This document shows positions 8,071-17,298 of a stretch of 64,000 bases of DNA, piece after piece. The translations under genes were made by a program, and so were the position numbers. This DNA is from an uncultured virus (IMG/VR IMGVR_UViG_3300048883_000321) (taxonomy: Duplodnaviria > Heunggongvirae > Uroviricota > Caudoviricetes), in the IMG/VR virus record IMGVR_UViG_3300048883_000321; one strand, 5' to 3'. Under the pieces are notes generated by a model. It made no database searches. It was not told where the DNA came from and saw nothing but the letters and a program-made list of their open reading frames with translations. How positions within the stretch are numbered: the stretch's first letter is position 1; the number at the start of each line of letters is the position of its first letter.

Positions 8071-9395
8071 TTACGAAACTCGTTGTTGCCGGTCGTCGGG
8101 TCAGCGACAGAAGCCCACACCGAAAACAGCGACGGATCCAAAGTCAGCAACTGGCCGATCCTGTAACCCCGTTCCTCTTTCGATACGAACCCGTCGGCGA
8201 TCATTAACTGTTCCCATTCGGAATACTGTTTCCCGCAAACCTGAATAGACGCCCCACCTACTTTGATGGTTGCCACTCGACGCACATCAGCCGGAGCGTT
8301 AATAGCCGCAATCGGGTCACGTTCCTGAGGGAGGTCTTTAATGATTTCCTCTATGTCTGCTGGTTCGAACCCTGTCCCGTCGAGGCTATCCAAATCCATG
8401 AGGACACTCGCTAAAGAAGCATTGTAGTAACCGGCTTTATCGGCCAAACGGTTATCTGCCAGCAAGATACGAGCCGCCTCAGCATCAGTAACATCAATAA
8501 ACGTTACTGGGATTTCGTCCCACCCAAGCGACCTCGCTGCTTGCCAAGTATTGTTACCTTTCAAAATAAGGCTACTGGACTCCTGAATAAGTAAAGGACG
8601 GTACACCCCGTTGATACGCAAAGACTCACTGATAGCCCCTATGTCGCCCTGACGAGCGTTCTCAGGGTGAGGCATAACCGAATCGATAGAAACCCAATTA
8701 AGGGCATCTAAACCAACATGGCGAGGTGTTTCCCCCGAAATGTTTTTCCACTTCTTACCCTTAACCACTGGTTTAGGTTCAGGATCATCAGTAAGCCCCA
8801 ACAAGTCTCTTAAATGCAGCAACGCCTCTGGCTTACCGCCGCAAGCCTCTTCTATGCCGCCAAGCCATTCATTAAAATAATCGGCTTCGACAAGCAACAA
8901 GTTTTTCCCAACATGGATTTTTTTAGTAGTGGCTTCGTCGCCGGATTGCTCCATGCCGCCGCCACCAAAAATGTCGTCCTCGCCGTCGAACTCTTCCATC
9001 TGGTAGAGGCGTTCCAACGACCGTTTGTCCCAACCAGAACCCTCAAGGTCTGGTGCTAGTTGCTCAATCAACCCAAGAAGGTTCCCGCGGTCGTAGGTAG
9101 CGAGATCCGATGTTCGGTTATCAGCCAACAAAATCCGTTTGGCCTGCTGGTCATCGACCTCCACATGGACGACAGCGATCTCGTCCCATCCAAGAGACTT
9201 CGCTGCCTTCCATGTGTGGTTCCCTGCCAGAATATTCCCGTTGCGTAAATCTACGACAATGGGAGCGTATTGCCCATTGACATTCAAAGACTCGGCGATA
9301 CCGGGTACATCCCCTCTCCGTGGGTTAGACGGGTGAGAATGAACCGTGTCGATACCAACGACGAGGTCTTTGAGGTCTGGGGCAATTTGGTCCAT
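8067..9395 (-). CDS. Tandem double ParB/Srx-domain protein
   Basis: Two homologous halves: HPSNPRRGD..AGNHTWKAAKSLGWDEI..ILLADNR and HPENARQGD..KGNNTWQAARSLGWDEI..ILLADNR. Confidence 0.85.
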   Translation of the reverse strand: MDQIAPDLKDLVVGIDTVHSHPSNPRRGDVPGIAESLNVNGQYAPIVVDLRNGNILAGNHTWKAAKSLGWDEIAVVHVEVDDQQAKRILLADNRTSDLATYDRGNLLGLIEQLAPDLEGSGWDKRSLERLYQMEEFDGEDDIFGGGGMEQSGDEATTKKIHVGKNLLLVEADYFNEWLGGIEEACGGKPEALLHLRDLLGLTDDPEPKPVVKGKKWKNISGETPRHVGLDALNWVSIDSVMPHPENARQGDIGAISESLRINGVYRPLLIQESSSLILKGNNTWQAARSLGWDEIPVTFIDVTDAEAARILLADNRLADKAGYYNASLASVLMDLDSLDGTGFEPADIEEIIKDLPQERDPIAAINAPADVRRVATIKVGGASIQVCGKQYSEWEQLMIADGFVSKEERGYRIGQLLTLDPSLFSVWASVADPTTGNNEFRK

Positions 9396-9664
9396 TAGGA
9401 CACCTTAATGTCTGGGTCTACCAGAACGTAAGCCTTGTTGTGTTTTTTACCGTAGGAGGTCCAACGATGGATCCACTGTTTGGTACATCCTAAAGCATCA
9501 GCGAGGTTGTCGAGGGTTTCTCCGTTGTCTCGTGCCCACCGCAAATCTCGCAGCAAACGTTTCTGGGCGTCATGGTAAGCCTTTCGGGTCTCTCCGACCT
9601 CGTCGTGGGCTTTCGTTACGCGTTTAATTATTTTAGGTGTTACTGGTTGTCTACCCTTAGGCAT
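9395..9664 (-). CDS. HTH DNA-binding protein
   Basis: GETLDNLADALGCTKQWIHRW. Confidence 0.7.
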   Translation of the reverse strand: MPKGRQPVTPKIIKRVTKAHDEVGETRKAYHDAQKRLLRDLRWARDNGETLDNLADALGCTKQWIHRWTSYGKKHNKAYVLVDPDIKVS

Positions 9665-9892
9665 TTATTTCTTCTTTCGTTGTTTGGTCTCGTAGTCTTC
9701 GTCCACGAGTGTTTTTAATAAATGAAACAGTCTGTTCCATTTGATGTCATTTCTTCGGTATTTACTTACAGGTTTTTTTGCTTCTTTTTCGTAATCTGCC
9801 GCAGTTTTACCCGACAGCATTTCTAGTTCTAAAGACTCGACAGTGCGCCCATGGGCCATCTCGACAAGCAACCGGTCTCGGCTAACTGTCAT
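9665..9892 (-). CDS. Hypothetical protein
   Basis: Packed basic ORF. Confidence 0.55.
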   Translation of the reverse strand: MTVSRDRLLVEMAHGRTVESLELEMLSGKTAADYEKEAKKPVSKYRRNDIKWNRLFHLLKTLVDEDYETKQRKKK

Positions 9893-10337
9893 CCGATGGG
9901 CCTTCTAGTTCGTGGGGTTCCCAATCGATTTCTATGTTCCAGACCTTCAGGTACCGGATCACAACCCAAGCGTCTTCCCCTCCTTGGAGAAGAGACTCGT
10001 ATGGGGCCAGAACGAGAGCGGTTTCGCCTTCGTCGGTTATAACCCCACTGGATCTAATCAACCCATCGTGGGCTTCTGTTAGGACGGTTGAGCCGTCGAT
10101 CATTTCCCACCCGTGGTAGATGCGGATCCGCCGGTTAGCGTTCTGCGCTACCCGAGACACCAACGCTACTGCTGAGTGTTGAGCGACCGCTCGTGCGAAG
10201 TGGTCTTGTTCGGCACCGTTCAAACTGGCAGCAAACGTTAACGCTGTTTCCCATTGGTCTTCTGATTCCATAAGTAGTTCCTTTAAAGAGTCTAAATACT
10301 CTTGAGGAATATCACTTATGCTATTATTGTTTTCCAT
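9882..10337 (-). CDS. Hypothetical protein
   Basis: 151-aa packed ORF. Confidence 0.6.
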   Translation of the reverse strand: MENNNSISDIPQEYLDSLKELLMESEDQWETALTFAASLNGAEQDHFARAVAQHSAVALVSRVAQNANRRIRIYHGWEMIDGSTVLTEAHDGLIRSSGVITDEGETALVLAPYESLLQGGEDAWVVIRYLKVWNIEIDWEPHELEGPSDDS

Positions 10338-10348
10338 TTGTTTTCTTT

Positions 10349-12574
10349 CTATTGGGTTCGTTCTACTAAACGCTTAACCAAGTCGGTTAAGACGCTTTCA
10401 TTCTTTGCCTCTGCACCATCGGTAACAGCATCAACAACGATTCGTTTCTTTTCGATTAAAGCGAAAATATCGTCATCGATAGTTCCATTAGCGAGCAGGT
10501 ACCACGCCGCAACGTTGTCCTCTTGCCCGATGCGGTGGCACCGGTCTTCTGCCTGATCATGCTCACCGGGCGTCCAGCCTTGCTCCACGAACAAAACATC
10601 CGACGCAGCGGTGAGGGTCAGACCAACACCACCAGCCTTCATATTGAGAACAATCACTCGCTTGGATGGATCGGTTTGGAACGAATCCACAGCAGCCTGA
10701 CGGGTCTCAGCAGTGTCTTTACCAGCGACCCGAAGGCCACCGTACTGGGCAGCGATAGCGTCGACCACCGAAACGTGGTGAGCGAACACAACTAACTTAC
10801 GGTCAGTACTATCAAGAAACGTGTCAATCCATTCGCAAGCCGCTTCTACTTTGCCTTCGCCAGCAAGTCGCTTCAGTGTCGTGATTTGAGACAAATGGTT
10901 CGCAGTGTCGCCGCCCGCCCCGTTCTCCGAGAAGTAAGCAAGAGTGTTTGCTTCAGCAGCACGGTACTGGCGGATAGCGTCGCCCTTGAGGTCAACGTTG
11001 ACCTCTGAACGGGTCTTCGGTGGGAGTTCCTTAAGGACATCTGCTTTGTTGCGACGAACGTAGCAGGTGCGACGCAGAAGGTCGTTGAGTTCCTGAGTGT
11101 TCGCTGACCCGCTGAAATCCCACCCGAAGTTGTTGCGGGTAGCGTTGCAGTAACGCTTACGGAAGTTCCAAGAACCACCGAAGTCGTCAATGCGACCCAA
11201 GATTTCCAGTTGGGAAACCAGTTCCACGGGACGGTTCAACACGGGCGTACCGGTCAAAGCCAACACCATGCCGGTGTCAGGGATGCTCTTAGCGAGCCCC
11301 TTGAGGGCTTTGGTGCGTTTCGCAGCAGGGTTCTTAACGTAGTGGCTTTCGTCGAATATCAGCGACTGGAACCCGATGGTCCCTAACGCTTCTGCTTGCT
11401 TGGTCAAAATATCGTAGTTGATGATCACAATGTCAGCGTTTTTGACGCCAACTTTGGAATCCACAATATGAACGTTTTTGCCGGGCAACCATTTGCGGGC
11501 TTCACGCTCCCAGTTGTGCTTAAGCGATGCTGGGCATACAACTAAAGCAGGGAACGAGTTTTTTGCTTGGATGGCAGCCAACGCTTGAACCGTTTTCCCG
11601 AGCCCCATTTCGTCTGCGACGAAGGTGCGTTGCGCTTTAATGGCGTAAGCGACACCTGCTCGTTGGAATGGTCGGAGAGTCCCTCCGAGGTTTTCGATAT
11701 GTAAAGTAGCGTCCGTTGCTTCGGAGTCGATGCCTCGCTGTACGGCGTCGCTAACCACATCGCTGAGAGCGGCAGTGGTGGCGTCGTCCATTTCGAAGCC
11801 ACGCATGGTCGCCAAGCCGACAGCCTGTTCGGAGGAGGTCATAGGGACTACCCATACTTTGCGTTTCGTATCCCACCGGCGTCCTGTGATGGCTTTAACA
11901 GCGTCTACGAGTTCAGCGTCGTAATCGAATTCGAAAATAAGGTCACGGCCAACGAGGGTGAGTCGCCGGGTCGCTACGGGAGTGTCGACGGCTACTGCTT
12001 CGTGTTCGCGGAGAACAGCGTTGGCTGCTTCTGTGGCGGTGAAAGCGTGTGCTTCGCCGAACGCACGGAGTTGCCCTGCTGCTGCTCCGTCGATAACCCA
12101 ACGGACTTGATCGGAGTCCCATGAGGAACCCATGATGTTTCGGATTTCGCTGACAAGGCCAGCGTTGTAGGTGAAGTAAACGTGGAACTCGCCGAGGTCG
12201 TAGTCGATGGTGCGTTGGTCACGGCGAGCGTATTCTGCTTGTCGTGCGTCGTCGCGGCCATCTTCGAACGTCTTGGTAGGTACGGGAAGTTCGGTGTAAA
12301 CGAATCCGTAGTTTTCTAACTGGCCTTGGTAGGTGGCGAGCATTGTGTGGCAATCTGATGCCATTGCTGCTGTCCACTGGTCAGGGCTGGTGCCTGCGAG
12401 GCGGCGACCGAATTTGGTGTCGCGGCCGTTGAAGCCTACTCCGTCTTCGCTTTCCGCTCCATCGCACATAAGGGCGATGGAGGAAACGGCGTCCCAGAGG
12501 TCTTGGTAGGTGCTTTCTGTGTCTTCGATTGTAGTGTTCATGTCTTCCTTGGTTAAGTAGTTGCGTGTTCGCAT
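10349..12574 (-). CDS. SNF2-family helicase with two HARP-like domains (SMARCAL1-like architecture)
   Basis: ADEMGLGKT, DESH, LTGTP, QAEDRCHRIGQ. Two N-terminal repeats: FTYNAGLVSEIRNIMGSSWD..RW and FDYDAELVDAVKAITGRRWD..VW. Confidence 0.9.
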   Translation of the reverse strand: MRTRNYLTKEDMNTTIEDTESTYQDLWDAVSSIALMCDGAESEDGVGFNGRDTKFGRRLAGTSPDQWTAAMASDCHTMLATYQGQLENYGFVYTELPVPTKTFEDGRDDARQAEYARRDQRTIDYDLGEFHVYFTYNAGLVSEIRNIMGSSWDSDQVRWVIDGAAAGQLRAFGEAHAFTATEAANAVLREHEAVAVDTPVATRRLTLVGRDLIFEFDYDAELVDAVKAITGRRWDTKRKVWVVPMTSSEQAVGLATMRGFEMDDATTAALSDVVSDAVQRGIDSEATDATLHIENLGGTLRPFQRAGVAYAIKAQRTFVADEMGLGKTVQALAAIQAKNSFPALVVCPASLKHNWEREARKWLPGKNVHIVDSKVGVKNADIVIINYDILTKQAEALGTIGFQSLIFDESHYVKNPAAKRTKALKGLAKSIPDTGMVLALTGTPVLNRPVELVSQLEILGRIDDFGGSWNFRKRYCNATRNNFGWDFSGSANTQELNDLLRRTCYVRRNKADVLKELPPKTRSEVNVDLKGDAIRQYRAAEANTLAYFSENGAGGDTANHLSQITTLKRLAGEGKVEAACEWIDTFLDSTDRKLVVFAHHVSVVDAIAAQYGGLRVAGKDTAETRQAAVDSFQTDPSKRVIVLNMKAGGVGLTLTAASDVLFVEQGWTPGEHDQAEDRCHRIGQEDNVAAWYLLANGTIDDDIFALIEKKRIVVDAVTDGAEAKNESVLTDLVKRLVERTQ

Positions 12575-12608
12575 TTACTACTCTACCAAAGGTTGACGGC
12601 ATTCACAA

Positions 12609-12896
12609 CTATTTAGGTGACTTCATTCGTTCTTCTTGGATACTGCGAGCCAAAGCAACCATCTGCTGCACCAACGGCTTAGAGACACCCATCTCACGGG
12701 CGATCTGCGAATAAGTAAACCCGCTACCGTCATTACCAAAATCACAAGCCTCTTTAACCGACAAAGCCCGTTCAGCAATAGCAGTACGACGAAACGCCGC
12801 CACCGCAGGGAGAACCTGCTCGTTTAATAACCGTGCCCGTTCCATCGGATCCGCAGTGTCTCGAGCCTCTGTTAGCATTTCAATTAAGTTGTTCAT
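12609..12896 (-). CDS. HTH DNA-binding protein
   Basis: FTYSQIAREMGVSKPLVQQM. Confidence 0.7.
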   Translation of the reverse strand: MNNLIEMLTEARDTADPMERARLLNEQVLPAVAAFRRTAIAERALSVKEACDFGNDGSGFTYSQIAREMGVSKPLVQQMVALARSIQEERMKSPK

Positions 12897-13267
12897 GTTT
12901 TTCCTGTTTCGTTGATGATTAATAATGCACGATCAGTGCCCCCGTCAACTTTGGGAGCCCTAAACGTTAGTGATAAAACAAATTTCGGACCGTCGTCTGG
13001 GATAACCCCAGCATCAACAAGCCCATCTATGCAAGCCTTCGCCACCGGGAAATGCCCGCCAGTGTCAGCCATATGTCTACGATCTTTACGACACGGAATA
13101 AACGTTACGTCGATCGCATCCACCGCAGGTATCTTTGCCTCAGTGGCCGCTTCGAACGCCGCTTCCCTCCACGCCTTAACGAGTTTCGCCCGCTTGTGGT
13201 AATGCATCCCTCGTTCCCCATTCAGGGTAAACAGTTTGCCTTCCACCGATAGCGTCCAAGTCCTCAT
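12893..13267 (-). CDS. RusA-like Holliday junction resolvase
   Basis: D.....AKACIDGLVDAGVIPDD motif. Confidence 0.75.
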   Translation of the reverse strand: MRTWTLSVEGKLFTLNGERGMHYHKRAKLVKAWREAAFEAATEAKIPAVDAIDVTFIPCRKDRRHMADTGGHFPVAKACIDGLVDAGVIPDDGPKFVLSLTFRAPKVDGGTDRALLIINETGKT

Positions 13268-13276
13268 ACAAGTGAA

Positions 13277-13591
13277 CTATACATCTTTTAGTTGCGAGCG
13301 CATCGCTTTAATCCGTTTAATCGAATCTTCCCTCGATACCGGCTCGTTTTTAGGGTCTTCGAGAACATACATGTCGGGGCCCTTCACCGCTTTCAACGTT
13401 CCCCTAAACTCTGCCCACGAAGGCCAAAACTTAGCGGTATCCATGATGCGTTTCACCGCAGCCATCCCGTCATCAAACGCGTAGGGCGACAATTTCTCCA
13501 CCCATAAATGAACCTCAGGGACACTAAGGGTCTTCGAGGGGAACGCAACGCTTAGTTGCGCCAACACATAATCTGCTTCGTCTTCTGTCAT
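13277..13591 (-). CDS. Helicase loader/inhibitor-like protein
   Basis: MTEDEA..L..L..AFP...W...L...KFWPSWAEF pattern of G39P-like proteins; lies in the replication module. Confidence 0.55.
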   Translation of the reverse strand: MTEDEADYVLAQLSVAFPSKTLSVPEVHLWVEKLSPYAFDDGMAAVKRIMDTAKFWPSWAEFRGTLKAVKGPDMYVLEDPKNEPVSREDSIKRIKAMRSQLKDV

Positions 13592-14064
13592 TCGTTACAC
13601 CTCAAGTCTTTAATTTTTACGCTGTAGCAGTCTGCTGTCGCTGTCCAATTATTCGAGCCTTCCAAGTCGCCTTTCTTAACGAAGCGGGCCGTGGAAAAAA
13701 ACTCGTCCTTCCATAACCCGCCAAGGTACCAGCCTCGGCTCAAGTCTTTCATCACCCGCATGAAAACGTATGCGTCGCATTTCTGCTTCGTGTTATACGC
13801 CGCCACCGAACACTCATAATCAAGCCTCGGAGGCGACGTAACACACTTCGTTTTCACATCGATCGTCACACCCGAAGGCATAACAACATCATGATCGTAG
13901 GTACTGTCATGAATGGCACCCTTTAAGCCGATGAACACTAATTCGCCCATCATCCCATACACGGTGCCCTCCCCACTCCTAATCGAGTTCCGAAGGACAG
14001 GCACCTCGGCAGCGAGACGCTCGGCCTCGCCAACCATGGCACCTGTTATCGGAAATTCAATCAT
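13588..14064 (-). CDS. Putative PD-(D/E)xK nuclease-fold protein
   Basis: GE...YDHD...IDVKTK...DAYVF. Confidence 0.55.
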   Translation of the reverse strand: MIEFPITGAMVGEAERLAAEVPVLRNSIRSGEGTVYGMMGELVFIGLKGAIHDSTYDHDVVMPSGVTIDVKTKCVTSPPRLDYECSVAAYNTKQKCDAYVFMRVMKDLSRGWYLGGLWKDEFFSTARFVKKGDLEGSNNWTATADCYSVKIKDLRCNE

Positions 14065-14072
14065 GCGTGAGA

Positions 14073-14196
14073 ACGGGATGGAGCAGGGAACCTTGAACCA
14101 CTACACGGATATTAACCCTCAGGCTTACCCACACAAGATTCGCCGTTAGGCAGATTCCCCTTAACCTTAGAAAGGACAGGCTTAGCCCCACCCCGC
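14073..14196 (-). ncRNA. Candidate structured RNA (intergenic multi-stem element)
   Basis: 12-bp closing stem GCGGGGUGGGGC/GCUCCAUCCCGU and inner stem GGGAAUCU/AGGUUCCC; the G-U pairs form only on the minus strand. Confidence 0.4.
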
Positions 14197-14203
14197 CTGA
14201 TCC

Positions 14204-14440
14204 CTAACCCTTGCGAATCGCTGTAAAGTAAAGATCGTTGTCAATGACTCGGATCGTTACTTTCATGTTTCGCTTATGGGCGGCCATATAGATTTGGGCA
14301 CGGAACTTCATGGGGTCCGAAAAGAAATCTACATCTTTAGAAATCTTCCAAATGGATCCGTCTAGCCATGCGTCCCACGGGTACTTAGAGCGTTGCCCCG
14401 CCCCATAGGTTTTTGGTAACGCTTTTACTCGTCTTGCCAT
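14204..14440 (-). CDS. Small basic protein, possibly DNA-binding
   Basis: RSKYPWDAWLDG motif; basic composition. Confidence 0.6.
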   Translation of the reverse strand: MARRVKALPKTYGAGQRSKYPWDAWLDGSIWKISKDVDFFSDPMKFRAQIYMAAHKRNMKVTIRVIDNDLYFTAIRKG

Positions 14441-14585
14441 TATGTCTTTCCTGTTCTATGTTGTGAGTCAGCCTCTGCTGACTCGTTTGCGGCGCACCGA
14501 TTTCGGTGAACCCTTCTTTCCCACATTTGGGGTTAGATCTTTTCCTCGAACACGTTCGAGTTCTTCTTTAGTTATTGCTTCGCCC

Positions 14586-15257
14586 CTACGGAGCGGTGTT
14601 AGGCCCATTACGTTCCTCTCGGACCTGCCGAATAGCGTCCCACCCTTTAGGGGTGTCTTGGACATCTTCGATAGGCACATTGTTAGGGTCCAGTTCGGAC
14701 CAGTGGTTCGCTACTGCGATCGGGGTGATGGCTGCGCCCTTAAATTTGCGGCGGTACACCTTCACTCGGGCGTGAATTTCATCTGGGGTAGCCCCTGACT
14801 CTTTCAACAATTTGACGGCTTTATTGTACCGTCCACGTTCTTGGCTATTAAGGGACTGCGTGTTAACCCCACAGGCGGCCATAATGGCATCCCAGACGCC
14901 ATCTACGCGCTTTGGCTTAGCCACTTCAATAACAGCAGGCAAAGTCCCCTGAGTGGCCTCTACGGGCCTTAGAACGATCACTTCGCCGCCAGCGGGTTCC
15001 GTCAACACAGCGTAAGTATTGCTGCGACGCCCCCCACCAGACACACACTCAAGTAACCCCTTGTCGATCAACCCTTTTATCGCCCTGTTCACCGTCGAAC
15101 GAGACAACTCGGTGTACCCGGAAAGAGTATCAACCGACGGGAAAGCATTTTTGCCAGTCGGGCCAGCATGATTCGCTATGCCAAGAAGCACAAACTTCTC
15201 GTTGGTCGTCATGACCCCTTCTTGTTTCAAAACCCATACCATTACTTCGATGCTCAT
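14586..15257 (-). CDS. Replication initiator-like protein (N-terminal winged HTH)
   Basis: EKFVLLGIANHA...AFPSVDTLS..TELSRSTVNRAIKGL...GRRSNTY. Confidence 0.8.
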   Translation of the reverse strand: MSIEVMVWVLKQEGVMTTNEKFVLLGIANHAGPTGKNAFPSVDTLSGYTELSRSTVNRAIKGLIDKGLLECVSGGGRRSNTYAVLTEPAGGEVIVLRPVEATQGTLPAVIEVAKPKRVDGVWDAIMAACGVNTQSLNSQERGRYNKAVKLLKESGATPDEIHARVKVYRRKFKGAAITPIAVANHWSELDPNNVPIEDVQDTPKGWDAIRQVREERNGPNTAP

Positions 15258-15820
15258 TACGATCTCCTCAGAACTGCTTTGACGCTTCGTTTAACATCAC
15301 AGAAGTTATCAGGGTCCATACCCGGAATACGCGCCCGCAACGCAGTTACTCGCCAATCACGGAAAGCAGCGCACTCTAGGAGGCGTTCAACGACAGCATC
15401 CATCCACGGGGCAACGATTTCTCTTTCGGAAATCATCGCTCCTGTTTCTTGGTCTACATAGTCGCGTGGCTCTATATCGTCTAGAGCAGTGTTCACTACG
15501 GCACGAACCAGAACTTGGTTTTGCCAGTTCGACCGGTAGTTCGACACTTTGCGTTCGATCATTGTGCTTCCCACTTCGAAACGGCGTTCACCCATCTGAT
15601 CCATGACGGTTACCAGCGACGGGTTCGTTTCGCTGTCTACTTCACGAACCTGCGCTTTGATGTCGCCTAACGCTTCAAGCAACCAAACCATCCCCTCGGA
15701 GGAGGCTTCAAGGTTGCCTGATTCGGCGTCCGCTTGGGCGGCTTTCAAATAGTCGGCCATCATCGTTCTTAACGTGTCAGCGTGGTCTTGGATGTCTAAT
15801 ATTTTTTCGTTATAAGTCAT
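15257..15820 (-). CDS. Hypothetical protein
   Basis: 187-aa ORF translationally coupled to its neighbour. Confidence 0.65.
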   Translation of the reverse strand: MTYNEKILDIQDHADTLRTMMADYLKAAQADAESGNLEASSEGMVWLLEALGDIKAQVREVDSETNPSLVTVMDQMGERRFEVGSTMIERKVSNYRSNWQNQVLVRAVVNTALDDIEPRDYVDQETGAMISEREIVAPWMDAVVERLLECAAFRDWRVTALRARIPGMDPDNFCDVKRSVKAVLRRS

Positions 15821-16154
15821 GGTGCAATACTTTCAGTCTTAAACCGGGTTGGTCTGGGTTCTCTGGGGAAACGATTATACGGTCAACGACCGCCAACCAG
15901 TTTTCACCAGCGTCTATTTGGGAGGATAGGTCGGCCGCTATGTCAGCGGGGACGTACCCCATGTGTAGGGATCCGACGAACACTTTGATGGCGTTCGGGT
16001 CTACAGGGTTGTTTGGTTCACGAACCAGATTGGCTCGGATTGGTCGATCAGCGAGGGCGACTGCTTTGCCGACAGCGAACACGTTTTGTGGATAGTTGGC
16101 TCCACGAAATGTGACTCCGACAACAGGCACCTCCAGCGGGGAGGCGAGAGTCAT
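15810..16154 (-). CDS. HIRAN-domain protein
   Basis: VVGVTFR...LVREPNNPVDPNAIKV...HMGYVP. Confidence 0.85.
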   Translation of the reverse strand: MTLASPLEVPVVGVTFRGANYPQNVFAVGKAVALADRPIRANLVREPNNPVDPNAIKVFVGSLHMGYVPADIAADLSSQIDAGENWLAVVDRIIVSPENPDQPGLRLKVLHHDL

Positions 16155-16969
16155 CAGACGGTCGCCTTGTACTCGGTTTCGACGTCAGCGATGGCTCTCG
16201 ATACGGCAAGGAATTGGCTGACGGATTCCATCGGCCATTGGCGGCCGTTGATTTTCTGGTGTGCTTCCCGTGCTTGTTGACGCCACTCTTCAGGGAGTCC
16301 AGCCACGGTGGCCTTGAGAATGTCGTGGGCTTCGTCCATGGCAAACGCATCATCCCATGCGTCGCTAGTGGCGACCAGTTCGGCTTCTTCGAATGTTACT
16401 TCTTCAGCGTCGAACGCTTCAGCGATCTCTGCGACGACCGCATCGACTATTTCGGCAGGTACGTCGGGTTCAATGGTTTCTTTCGTTTCCACGATTTCAC
16501 CGGTGACGATCCCTGCGGGTGCTGCGATTACTTTAGAAGGTTCAGGGGTGATGCCGCCACGGATCGCTTCCTGTTCGGCCATGCGTTGCTTGTACAACAC
16601 AAAAACTTTTAAGTCTTCGGTGGTGTCTGGGTAGCCGCCTCGTTTGATGGCTCGCCCTAACGCTTTCGTACACAGGATGTTCCATACGTCGGAAGTGTGA
16701 TCGCCCCGAATGCCTTTAGTGTCGGCGGTCGGTTTGTAACCAGTGATCGGGGATTTGTCACCGGGGTAACGGTTGATGGTGGCTAGACAGTAGTCTTCTG
16801 CGCCACCGAAATCTTTTGGTATGCCTAGAGTTGTTCCCTTGACGGAACTAAATTCGACTGAGGCTTCGGGGTGATCTTCTTTAAAAATGCCCCATCTGAG
16901 GCTTGGGCTAACGTAGTCTTCAGCAATATTTGCCATGTTGTTACTCCTAGAGGTAGGTGTTGGTGCCAC
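16154..16969 (-). CDS. Possible single-strand annealing protein
   Basis: TKALGRAI resembles the T.A.GRAL motif of Rad52/Sak-like phage proteins; acidic linker; start uncertain. Confidence 0.4.
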   Translation of the reverse strand: MAPTPTSRSNNMANIAEDYVSPSLRWGIFKEDHPEASVEFSSVKGTTLGIPKDFGGAEDYCLATINRYPGDKSPITGYKPTADTKGIRGDHTSDVWNILCTKALGRAIKRGGYPDTTEDLKVFVLYKQRMAEQEAIRGGITPEPSKVIAAPAGIVTGEIVETKETIEPDVPAEIVDAVVAEIAEAFDAEEVTFEEAELVATSDAWDDAFAMDEAHDILKATVAGLPEEWRQQAREAHQKINGRQWPMESVSQFLAVSRAIADVETEYKATV

Positions 16970-17020
16970 GGATGTGACACCCCCACTATACCGGTGGTAT
17001 AACCAATACCAACCTCTGTA

Positions 17021-17263
17021 CTAAAGATTTTTTCCGCCGCAGGAAGTGACGGCGTTGGTGAACAGGGAATGAACCATCGTGAACTGGGGTCGCCCGCCTT
17101 TGAGGTTAAACATGGCGACAATGTCCCAAGTCATACCTTCGTTCGATTCCTTTATATGGATGAACGCTTCTTTGTCGAAGAGGCGTAAACCTTCAGCGAG
17201 GGTAGTGGCGTACTCGAAAGTCGGTACTGCCGCTGATAGTTGAAACTGGAATCCTTTACCCAT
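17021..17263 (-). CDS. Hypothetical protein
   Basis: 80-aa ORF. Confidence 0.5.
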   Translation of the reverse strand: MGKGFQFQLSAAVPTFEYATTLAEGLRLFDKEAFIHIKESNEGMTWDIVAMFNLKGGRPQFTMVHSLFTNAVTSCGGKNL

Positions 17264-17298
17264 ACCTTTGGTGCGCCCTTCGGCAGGGCGCGTTTCGG

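Noticed and set aside
6490..9395. Plasmid-prophage ParABS partition system
   Set aside because: No ParA ATPase or ParB HTH seen; the domains sit with modification-type enzymes next to the terminase.
14073..14196. tRNA gene
   Set aside because: No cloverleaf with a proper T-arm and acceptor stem; retained only as an unassigned structured RNA candidate.
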